Positions 54,344 through 64,000 of a DNA stretch of 64,000 bases are shown one piece after another. The position numbers and the translations under genes are program-made. The notes under the pieces were generated by a model. The model was not told the DNA's origin. It worked only from the letters and a program-made list of their open reading frames with translations, and made no database searches. The DNA is from Eledone cirrhosa (Eukaryota): the NCBI GenBank assembly GCA_964016885.1, contig OZ024740.1, positions 97,774,001 through 97,838,000 on the forward strand, written 5' to 3'. Each line of letters begins with the position of its first letter. Position 1 is the stretch's first letter.

Positions 54344-54574
54344 AAGTTTGTCCTTCATCAGTGGTCTTCCAACCGTCATAGGCATTTCATCGCTTTAAAG
54401 AACATATACCTCAGGTTGGTGCGAGCAACGGCTAAAAAAAGTCGTTGGGACACGTAAATAAAGGGGACGCTAGGGTAAACAAACAAAATGGTTTAAGCAA
54501 CAGAAAGTGATGAAGAAAGAGACAAGTCCCAGATTTCTATGAATATAAATTCGGTGAAATCGTGAACGAGAGAA

Positions 54575-54813
54575 TAAAGACCATCAAACATGGTTGAAAT
54601 GTGAGCAAGGAAGGAATTTCGCACAGGTCTAATGGGAGGAAGAAGGGGTCTGGTCTGCGAATTCGGTAAACATAAGTTCTGTGAAATCGCAGACGAGAGA
54701 GAGAGAGAGAAAAAAATTCATACCGGCTTGGCCAAGAGCGCGCGAGAAAAGAATTACAGACAGGTGCGAAATTCCTTCCTTGCTCACATTTCAACCAGAC
54801 TTGATGGTCTTTA
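54575..54813. repeat. Inverted repeat, ~50-bp arms (54575-54624 / 54764-54813)
   Basis: taaagaccatcaa...tggttgaaatgtgagcaaggaaggaatttcgcac versus its reverse complement; 3 adjacent mismatches. Confidence 0.85.
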
Positions 54814-54829
54814 ACACAAACTTCAAGAA

Positions 54830-57090
54830 TCTTGTTTGTGTTAGATACATCAAGGAGAATGTGTTTTCTAAGCAACTTCCAGAAACAGCCAGAAATGTAT
54901 GTTTGATGTATTTAGCATTATTTCTGTTCTCATGATTTATCATAGAAAACATTTATCAGAATTTCTCGAAGATAGCAAGTTTATGAAGATTCTCCACACT
55001 GGCCATGCAAAAAACTCTACATTTGCTTTTATATGTTTCAATCCTAGAGAATCCCTCATTTCAAAATACTGAAAAGAATACTAAATGAGCCTGTTAGAAT
55101 AGTTTAGTTATATAAATTAAAATCAAAGTTTTTTTCTTTATTCTGTTTTCAATGGAACTTACTGTCACAGAGAAATAATGTGGTTATCTTGAAAGTGAGT
55201 GATTTCAAGGTTACCTTAATAGAGTAAATATGACTTTTCCATGTCCCCTCGAACCAGCCCCACTGGCTCGAGCTGGGAAGGGAAGCCTGCAGCGTCCAAG
55301 CCATGCTTAATGACCTTGTTGAGGGCAGCATGATGTGGAATGCGGCCGGCACTGTGGTGACAGGAAAGCGGGTTGAGGCTGAAAGAGTCCACGGTGGAAC
55401 CACAGTGACATTGGTGTGGCTGGCAGATCCGGAGGCCGAGCCTCAGGGAAACGCCGATTCACAGGCTATGGTTGTCTAGCTGTGTGCCAGTGGAGAAGGA
55501 GGGAAGGGCATGGAGCCAGGCACCACTGTGGGGTTTGGAGGCCGCACGAAAACAAGCAAACAGTGCTGGTCAAGCTGGCGCGTTAGCCTGTCTGAGGCCA
55601 GGCTGCACTGGATGGCATCCCAAGTGTGTTGGGGGGACTTGATGTCAACAGGGGAAAAAGGAGGAGGAACGTCTACTGGGCTAAGTCCCAGCCGGTCACA
55701 TGTCTCACAGGCGGCCTCACGTTCTCCGAACACAGAGGGTTCTGTTGTGTTTTGAAGAACCCTGCTGATGAGGATGCGGCACAAGGTTACCGACAAAAGA
55801 TATGCCGGCAAAGCTAGTGAGATCGGGGACCGGAGGCCAAGGCCGCCATACCTGACTGGTAAAGTGGCCTGTTGCCACCCTATGTCGTCAAATTTGACGT
55901 TGCATATCCCCTCGGCTGCTGCTCGGATACAAGTATTGAGGTCAGTGAGGAGAGATATCTGGGTGTAGCATGGAGTGCTGCAGAGTGTATAGAGGAGCTT
56001 CGGCATGGTGAAGCATTTCCTCAGCAAAAAAAGAGCTGGGTTGCCGTCAATCAAGCCCAGTCGGCTCGTGAGAGTCCGGAGCTGTTGAAGCCTGGAACTT
56101 CCCGTTCCGCGGTGGCAAAACCCTCGTCTGGGATGCACTTGTACCAACACTTTCTGCAGCCACAACCTGGTGCAGTCAGCGACTGACCCAGGTTCTGCTG
56201 CATGTCGGGCTGAGGGGGGCACACTCCTCAAATAATGGTCGCTCTCCAACAGGTTTGCGGTCGTACCTCTGGCAGTGGAGACTTCTGGTGTCCTCGGCCC
56301 CAGGGCTACCTCCTTACTCACCACCATAGGCACTGAGCTGGCCAGCCGCAGGTGTGAGCCCCGTGAGTTGGAGTGGCTTTTCCAGTGCATCTCCCTTGCT
56401 GTCCTCCGGGGAAACGCCTTCTCCATCCTTTCCGCCGGGGCTGTGGGTGGGCGCCCTCACGTACCAATACATTAGTTAAATACCATTCTTTCCTCTGATA
56501 TATCTCTAAATTATATTTTCATCAAATAATGACGTATTATATAACAGTCATGAGTAGCTGACCTGCTTAGTGATGAGATGTGGCAAAATAAAGTTACAAT
56601 TTTAGCTGACTTTTCCCAAACATTGTGTATACATAGCATAACTTTCTACGGAAGAAAATAAAATTATTTCTATTTGTATAGCCAGAACTAATGTTTTTCA
56701 GAAAACTATTCTCAAAAGAGAAAACAATGTTGAAATGTTTAAGCTGACAAAACCTTGCAACCTGGACAAACATCTGTTTGTCATTGCTGAGGTCAATCAT
56801 TGAAAAATATTTTCCATCAGCTGATGTAACTTCCATTGATTTGGTAAAGGACTTATTTGTGTTAAATATCTGTAAATCAGAAAGATTCCCTGTATCAGAA
56901 GAAATTGCATTGGAAAAAATTAGAAATGACAAAGAACTAAAATTATAGAACAAATCAACAAACGTAGGTTCATTCTGGTTGTCATCACAATAACAACACT
57001 TAACACTTTTGAAACAAAATTGTCTCAAATATCCTCTGGTTCTATTATACAAAGCGGTTTGTTTTCAGATGTTTCTATTTATCTTACAGC
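54830..57090 (+). mobile_element. hAT (Charlie/Buster, ZBED8-like) transposase relic interrupted by the CRE element and a SINE
   Basis: LVCVRYI..KQLPET, IMWLS (RWLS-like), DEMWQNKVTILADF, EKYFP..DLF..EEIALEKIRNDKELK..SFW. Confidence 0.7.
55235..56480. mobile_element. CRE-like RLE non-LTR retrotransposon with 5' inversion (55235-56185 minus; 56190-56480 plus)
   Basis: Minus: ALFLLRKCFTMPKLLY..WQQATLPVRYGGLGLRS..PAY, zinc-finger region, LEPVGL. Plus: GSAACRAE..VPLAVETSGVLG..WLFQCISLAVLRGNA. Confidence 0.85.
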
Positions 57091-57096
57091 CTTCAA

Positions 57097-57215
57097 CAAT
57101 AATTGTTTCTACCTTTGGCACAAGGCCAGCAATTACCCAGTACATTACTGGTACTTTATTTTATCGACCCCGCAAGGATGAAAGGCAAAGTCAACCTCGG
57201 CGGGATTTGAACTCA
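57097..57215 (-). mobile_element. SINE family A, 5'-truncated
   Basis: Consensus match from tail to B box. Confidence 0.85.
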
Positions 57216-59567
57216 TATGAACAATAATGTTATATAAGAACATTTGTTAAGTTATGCTTCAAAAACTAGTTTCATAATGAAACAATTAATTACATTACTA
57301 AATTCCTACAAAACTATAAGCAGTATATTTAATTAGAAATATGATAATGGAGGAGTCAAGTGACCTTCTTTTCTAAACTTTCTGCAGGTTGCAGCTTCAA
57401 ATACTGGAGAAGGATTTGAAGGTATGATGGACAACCAATAAACCAGAGAGATGGGAGGTGTTAAAGTGTCAGATTTAAGTATTTATGGCATTTGATCCAA
57501 AGCTCTGAGTTCAAATCCCAATAAGGTCAACTTTGCCTTTCATGTTTTTGGAGTCGCTAAAGTACAGTACGAGTCGAAGTGCTGTGGTTTGGCAGAACTT
57601 TAAAGTATAAAATAAGATGCTTTTAGGCATTTGTTCTTGCTCTGTGCTTTTGGAATTTTCATGTTCTAACTAGATATTTAAATAGCCGGGGCTAATCAAT
57701 TGACCAAGAGATCACAAATTATTATGAAAGCTGTAATGAGTGGGAGATAATTGTGGCCATCTTCTACTGCAGTTGAAAAATGATGATTTATTTACAATCT
57801 TTAACAGAAGACATCATGAGACATTCACATTCTCAGATTCCCTACAAGTAAAGATATTTCATTTGTTTGTATATGTTTATATAAATAAATTTCCTTGTCC
57901 ACTTTATACTTAGTGTAAATAGGAAACATTAATATGTTTAATATTGTTTTCTATTTACAATAAGTAATATATGAAAGCTGATATTTTCTTATAGAGCAGA
58001 AACTATTAATAACACAATGATTAGACTGGTAGCTATTGTACTTTTAATCCAAAGATGGGAATGCACTAAGTGCAATACACACGCACCAGTACTGCTATAA
58101 AATCTAACACTTTCATTACCTTCACCCTGTAGTTTATGTAAACAGTCTGTGAGTGCAATCGAAGTTTATACAAGTGAAAGTTGCACATGGTTTATTAAAT
58201 GCACCATACTGGTATTTATGAGTTCTTTTGTAGCAGATTGTAAACTATGAGTCTATTTCTGTTTTAAAACAGTTTTAATACATTTTAAAATCAAATCAAG
58301 GTATAATAAATGCCGACGTACAAGTAACTCTTTTAGCACCTTATTCAGTATGATGTGAACTAAAATAAGATGCTTTCAAAACAACAATTAGTTTCAAATT
58401 GTTCCATATCACAACAGGTGAATAACAGTGCCATTAGTTACAGGTTTCCAGTGGGCTTATCACTATTGAGATAATTCTGATGGTGAGAAAAAACAGATAT
58501 TTCCTATTATTGAGTGCAAAGAACTTACTTCTTATATATGCTTCATTCTAAGTATTTTGGGTTTTTTTTATCTGCTGTTATTTACAGTTTTCGGGTATAT
58601 ACATCATTAAAATTTACACATGCACATACAATATGGCTGGAAAACAAGGAGTCACCATCAAATGTATGCAGGACAGTCAGTAAAATAGCTGGTGTTAGGA
58701 AGAGCTTCTGGCTGTGAGAAGTATGTTAAAAATGGTATGTAGGAGCAAGATGTTATCCTCTGACCCATGTAGGAATGCAATAACTATAAGGACTCAGATC
58801 TCAGTTCATCATGACCCATCCAACATGTCAAGTGAATGCAGAAACAAAGATACTAATGATAGTTTGTTTTAGTGTGAGTATATACACAGACACATGCATG
58901 CACGCACACACACACATATTTATATATAAAAATTAAAAGTGGAAGTATATTTAAAGGGTCATTTTTCTTTATTCCAACAGAGTATGAGTTTTTTCAAAAA
59001 AGGAGATTTATGAAATATTAGTTTCAATGAGTAAATACATCTTATCAAATATTAAATTCCAAAATAATCAAAGATTAAGAAAAATTTTGCATAGAAAGAA
59101 ATTCAATTGAATTTTGAACAACTGTTGAGATCCCACTATCACACCCACACAAAGAGCAGTATATATAAAGAATTATTATTCTATGATAGATAAACCCAAA
59201 TATTCTCAATGCACAGAAATGAAAACTTTCTTTTCAACTTTCAATTTTTCAACTCTTCATCTTCAACATTTTTTAATGTTAATATTTGATAAGATGAATT
59301 TCTTCAACAAAAACCGGTAGTATTTTATAATCCTCCCTTTTTTTTAAATCTTCCTCACTTGGATAAAAGTAAAAAAGTAAAAAAGAAAAATGTTGCTTTA
59401 AATATACTTTCATATTTTCCACTTTTACTTTTTACATAGAATCTTTGATTTGTATGGAACTTTATCCCCCATTTCAATTACATTACACTCACACACATAT
59501 ATAATATATATATACATATATATATATATACATATATACACACACACACACACATATTTATATCTTC

Positions 59568-59904
59568 ATCATCATCATTTCATTTTACGTCCACTTTTTC
59601 CCTGCTTGCAAGGGTGGGACGGGACTGATTCTGGCTTGATTTCTACAGCTGGATGCCATTCCTAACACCAACCTCATTTACAGTGAGTGCTGGGTGCTTT
59701 TTTCCGTGGCAACTCCACGACCACTTTGCAGTGGAATGATATGGACCCCAGTCCCTATCATCTCATTTCTACAGCTGAGTAAACTGGAGCAATGTGAAAT
59801 AAAGTGTCTTGATCAAGGAAACAACACATCACCCGGTCTGAGAATGGAACTCACAACCTTTCGATTGCAAGACCAATGCTCTAACCACTAAGCCATGTGC
59901 CTTC
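59568..59904 (-). mobile_element. SINE family B, full length
   Basis: Reverse complement of 47301-47650. Confidence 0.9.
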
Positions 59905-59933
59905 ACATCTATATATAAATATATATGTGCCTT

Positions 59934-60122
<189 letters not shown>

Positions 60123-60368
60123 GAAGGCATATGGCTTAGTCCAAGCGTGAAACACCCAACAAACCCCTGCTTCCAGTTTATCCCAAATCAAGTCTTTGAC
60201 TGACCAATACACCTTCCAAAAGCGCCCCCCCCCCACACACAAATCCTTAATTGCTTGTGCGCTCACATAAACACGCTCATGAATATTGGTGAATACACAC
60301 CCGCATTGCCACACCACCAATTACACCAAAATGCACAAAACGTCCACACACAAATAAGTAGGACCAAT

Positions 60369-60423
<55 letters not shown>

Positions 60424-60521
60424 TATATATATATATATGCAGGAGGTGAGTTTTATTGTAGTACAATAAAGCAATGCAGATATCGGATAAGAAGCACTCT
60501 ACAGTGTTTGTAGGACTGGAG

Positions 60522-60850
60522 TATATATAATATATAAGATCAAAAGATGGTTAAAGGAGTTCCATGTATTTTATTATGCGCATTTCAAAAACAAACATCA
60601 TCATGCAATAATATTTGTGTTTTCATCAGATAAAACAGGAGGACATGATATGAAGGCTAAAAAACACTTGTGGATATGTTGATTTAAAACTGCACTATCC
60701 ACAAGTGTTTTTTAGCCTTCATATCATGTCCTCCTGTTTTATCTGATGAAAACACAAATATTATTGCATGATGATGTTTGTTTTTGAAATGCGCATAATA
60801 AAATACATGGAACTCCTTTAACCATCTTTTGATCTTATATATTATATATA
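60522..60850. repeat. Perfect fold-back: 155-bp arms (60522-60676 / 60696-60850), 19-nt spacer
   Basis: Arms read as exact reverse complements; each carries a hammerhead-like motif. Confidence 0.95.
60737..60803 (+). ncRNA. Hammerhead-like motif (mirror copy on the minus strand at 60569-60635)
   Basis: ttttat-CTGATGA-aaacacaaa..tttgttttt-GAAA-tgcgc-ata-ataaaa; stem III looks like a decayed GAAACGCGT. Confidence 0.45.
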
Positions 60851-60911
60851 TATATATATATATACCTTCTCAGCCCACATACCACAACAATAATATATCT
60901 TTTGTTGCATC

Positions 60912-60980
60912 ACCAGTCTGAAGAGCAGATCAAAACTAGAGTCACTGAGAGCCAATCCTCAAAAGACGTGCTTAACTGGT
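60912..60980 (+). ncRNA. Hammerhead-like motif, degenerate
   Basis: accagt-CTGAAGA-gcagat..atcctc-aaaagacgtgctta-actggt: perfect 6-bp stem I; GAAA box mutated. Confidence 0.4.
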
Positions 60981-61061
60981 CGATACACAATACATATTTT
61001 TCATATGTAAATAAAATTTCCTCGTTTTTTATATTATGTATATATATATATATATATAGAC

Positions 61062-61440
61062 CATTGTGGCTTAGTGGTTAGAGCATTGGGGCTTAGTGGT
61101 TAGAGCATTGTGACTTAGTGGTTAGAGCATTGCCCTTGCAATGTTGTGAGTTCAATTCTCAGACCGGGTGATGTGTTGTTTCCTTGAGCAAGACACTTTA
61201 TTTCACATTGTTCCAGTTTACTCAGCTGTAGAAATGAGATGATAGGGACTGAGTTCCATATCATTCCACTGCAAAGTGGTCGTGGAGGTGCCACGGCAAA
61301 AATCCACCCAGCCCTCACTGTAAATGAGGTTGGTGTTAGGAAGGGCATCCAGCTGTAGAAATCAAGCCAGAATCAGTTCCCGTCCCACCCTTGCAAACAG
61401 GGAAAAAGCGGACGTAAAATGAAATGATGATGATGATGAT
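61062..61440 (+). mobile_element. SINE family B with triplicated A-box head
   Basis: cttagtggttagagcattg three times at 22-bp spacing, then a normal body and tail. Confidence 0.9.
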
Positions 61441-61781
61441 AAATATATGTGTTGATTCTGAGTTGAGTCGGGTATAACAACAGTAAATATGATGCTCTAT
61501 TCATATGAAATCCTCAGGGATGTGCAATCCAGATAATTTAATACGAATGAAACAGTTCTGATCCAGTAAAAGCATTTTCTATATAAGCCACCCACCCTCT
61601 CCTTATATATATTTATATATAATGGTTGTTTTGGAAGCCTCTACAATGCAGAAGTATAAATCTGCAGGGAAAAAATCAGTTGGCAGTAGCAAGAAAGGGG
61701 ATAATGAGGAAAAGAAATCTAAAAAGAACTGTAAAATGAAATGAAAACCAGAAATGAAGATACCTTGGAATAAATTTAATT

Positions 61782-61820
61782 GTCCTTATATTTCGGATTA
61801 CACATCCATCGTCAGGGGAT
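61782..61820 (-). ncRNA. Minimal hammerhead-ribozyme-like motif
   Basis: atccc-CTGACGA-t-ggat-gtgta-atcc-GAAA-tata-aggac: perfect stem II, palindromic ATAT stem III, one mismatch in stem I. Confidence 0.6.
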
Positions 61821-61889
61821 TTTGAAGGAACTTCGGAGTTTCGCTGAAAAAGTATCTACGTTTGTTGTTCATCTCTGTGTCATATATAT

Positions 61890-62067
61890 ACTGTAAATGA
61901 GGTTGGTGTTAGGAAGGGTATCCAGCTTTAGAAATCAAGCCAAATCAGTTCCTGTATGAGCAAGGCATGGTCAGCCGACCAGACACTGCCCACAACAGGA
62001 CAACCCGTCTAACCCATGTTAGCGTGGAAGAACGGACGTAAAACGGTGATGATGATGATGATGATGA

Positions 62068-62070
<3 letters not shown>
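61890..62070 (+). mobile_element. Short 5'-truncated copy of the RTE 3'UTR
   Basis: Nearly identical to 52935-53108, including the segment absent from SINE B. Confidence 0.9.
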
Positions 62071-62101
<31 letters not shown>

Positions 62102-62444
62102 ATCAATCAATCAAAATCACACATGTGATGCATCTAGTCATCAGTGGATCATTCTAGACGTTCGAGTGTGTGTCCACCATAGGATTTCAGTGAGCCTCGG
62201 AAATGCTTGGCAGTTCCCATCTCCTCTTCAAGCATCCAGTCCTTCCATAAGTTTAGCCTGGCAGCAGAAGATAACACTTTGTACAGTATTGAAATAACAT
62301 TTCTGTAAATCAGTTTGCTCTACTTTGAAATAAAGAGTGGGTAATGCTATGCCTGGATTTGAAATATACATACATTCAACTGCCTCTCACAAAGCTTCCA
62401 TCTACCAAATTCTACCCACAACTCAAAATATGGTTGAAGACACA

Positions 62445-62670
62445 TCATCATCATCATCACCGTTTAACATCCATCTTCTATGCTAGCATGTGTTAGATGG
62501 TTTTGTTCCATTTGATGCAGGAATGGTCGGAAAACCATGTCTCGCTGGCATAAAAGCGTCTCTGGCAGGTTTATTTTACAGCTGGATGCCCTTCCTAACA
62601 CCAACCACATTTACAGTGTGGCCTTTTCAACATGTCTCCTACATGGCCACCTTACAGTGAGGACTGTTGT
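62445..62670 (-). mobile_element. RTE 3'-tail fragment (related subfamily)
   Basis: (cat)n accgtttaacatccatcttctatgctagcatg..cagctggatgcccttcctaacaccaaccacatttacagtg. Confidence 0.75.
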
Positions 62671-62964
62671 GTCATCAATACAGTGGACGGAACTGGAGAG
62701 GGTTGTTGGAGTAGGGTGTACATTTGGTTAAGAGGTGCCTACTGACTGTAGGTTTGTATGCAATGGCAGTTGGGTCTTCTGTACAACTGCATGGTGACAA
62801 AGGTCTCGATCCAGTGTCATTGTCTTAGAGAGGTGTAGGTGAGTAAGGTCTGTTTTATATCACCTCGTCCCTGTAAATTCTAAAGGGTTATATAAAGGTG
62901 GATTGACTGAAACAAATGAATATCAGAGAAAATACCTAGTAATATTTGGATATTGGCCTTTATA

Positions 62965-63099
62965 ATAATAATTGTTTCTACTTTAGGCACAAGGCCAGCA
63001 AATACCCCAGTGCATTACTGGTACTTTATTTTATCGACCCCCCCCCCCCCCCATAAGGATGAAAGGCATAGCTAACCTTGGGATGATTTGAACTCAGAA
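62965..63099 (-). mobile_element. SINE family A, 5'-truncated, with poly-C expansion
   Basis: Consensus match. Confidence 0.8.
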
Positions 63100-63746
63100 C
63101 ATTACAGCTGGTTTGAACAGAAAGAGGTGAGAGAATTCTGGCCTGATACAGCCGGTTTAAATGTCAAAGGGTTAAATTTAAAACAGGCACAAAGATGAAA
63201 GAAGGGGTTAATAAGATATGATAATTGTTTGCCAACATGCAGAAGGTATTGTAGAGGAGGGTGTAACATGGAATCACAATTCTGCAAAATATATTTTCTA
63301 ACCAGTGAGCCACACCAGTAAAAATAGAAAATAATATATTGAGGCATAGAAAGCAACATGACAATAATAGACAAACTGCTTATCTAACCATGCAGCCACC
63401 CACTCACTCCATCCTTCAATGGCAATGCACCTCTTTTATACATTTTTATTTCGAGACAAGACAAAGATTACTATGGATTTTTATAAAAAGGAATTTGAAG
63501 CAGCAGCAATGGAAAAGAGAAGTGTGAATAAACCAGAGAGGTGAGGAAGTGAGGGTGGGATGACGAAACTAAGAAGGAAAGAAAAGAGAGAAAACAATAT
63601 TCATGTCTGTGTAGGTATATGTGAATGTGTGTGTTTGTAGTACAATAACCTAGAAAAAGAATACGTGGTATCATGCTGAAATATTGCACCATATTACTTA
63701 TCTATTCTGTCGCTGAGCTATTTCAATCCTATTCTGACTACATACA

Positions 63747-63797
<51 letters not shown>

Positions 63798-64000
63798 TAT
63801 ATATGTTCATGTATATGTGTGTGTGTGTGTGTATATATATATATTTGTATGTGTGTGTTTATGGAAACCTTTTAACATATACGTATGTATGCATTTAGAC
63901 TCACATACTCAAATATGACTATACAAATATGTATGTACATATACATACATCATATATACATATATACTGCCATTGTTCTTCAGAGTATCATAACAAAGTA

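Noticed and set aside
55476-56426. 316-aa ORF as a single gene
   Set aside because: It is chimeric: it crosses the inversion junction at ~56187, so its first ~80 aa are antisense to the CRE 3' end.
56594-57052. 152-aa minus-strand ORF as a possible host exon
   Set aside because: It is the antisense shadow of the plus-strand hAT transposase relic.

Overview
AT-rich, microsatellite-dense eukaryotic DNA. The SINE and microsatellite profile suggests a cephalopod/octopus-like genome (inference). I found no host-gene exon; the window reads as intergenic or intronic sequence built almost entirely from transposons. Main contents: (1) a 12-kb head-to-tail array of three Tx1-type L1-clade LINEs joined through (TTA)n, the first nearly intact; (2) a Naiad-type Penelope-like element complex whose three 3' ends all sit on (TA)n; (3) an internally deleted Helitron plus Helitron relics; (4) RTE, R4/Dong-like and CRE-like non-LTR elements, the CRE copy 5'-inverted and nested in a hAT-Charlie relic; (5) two tRNA-derived SINE families, one sharing its 3' stem-loop with the RTE LINE; (6) several minimal hammerhead-ribozyme-like motifs, one inside a perfect 155-bp fold-back. 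The most unusual signal is a ~37-39-bp palindrome that presents a Helitron-type CTAG terminus on both strands. It occurs three times: once fused CTAG|TC to a Helitron 5' end, and twice bracketing an 805-bp segment. It may be a REP/REPIN-like parasite of rolling-circle transposons. All family assignments come from motif recognition by eye, without database searches.
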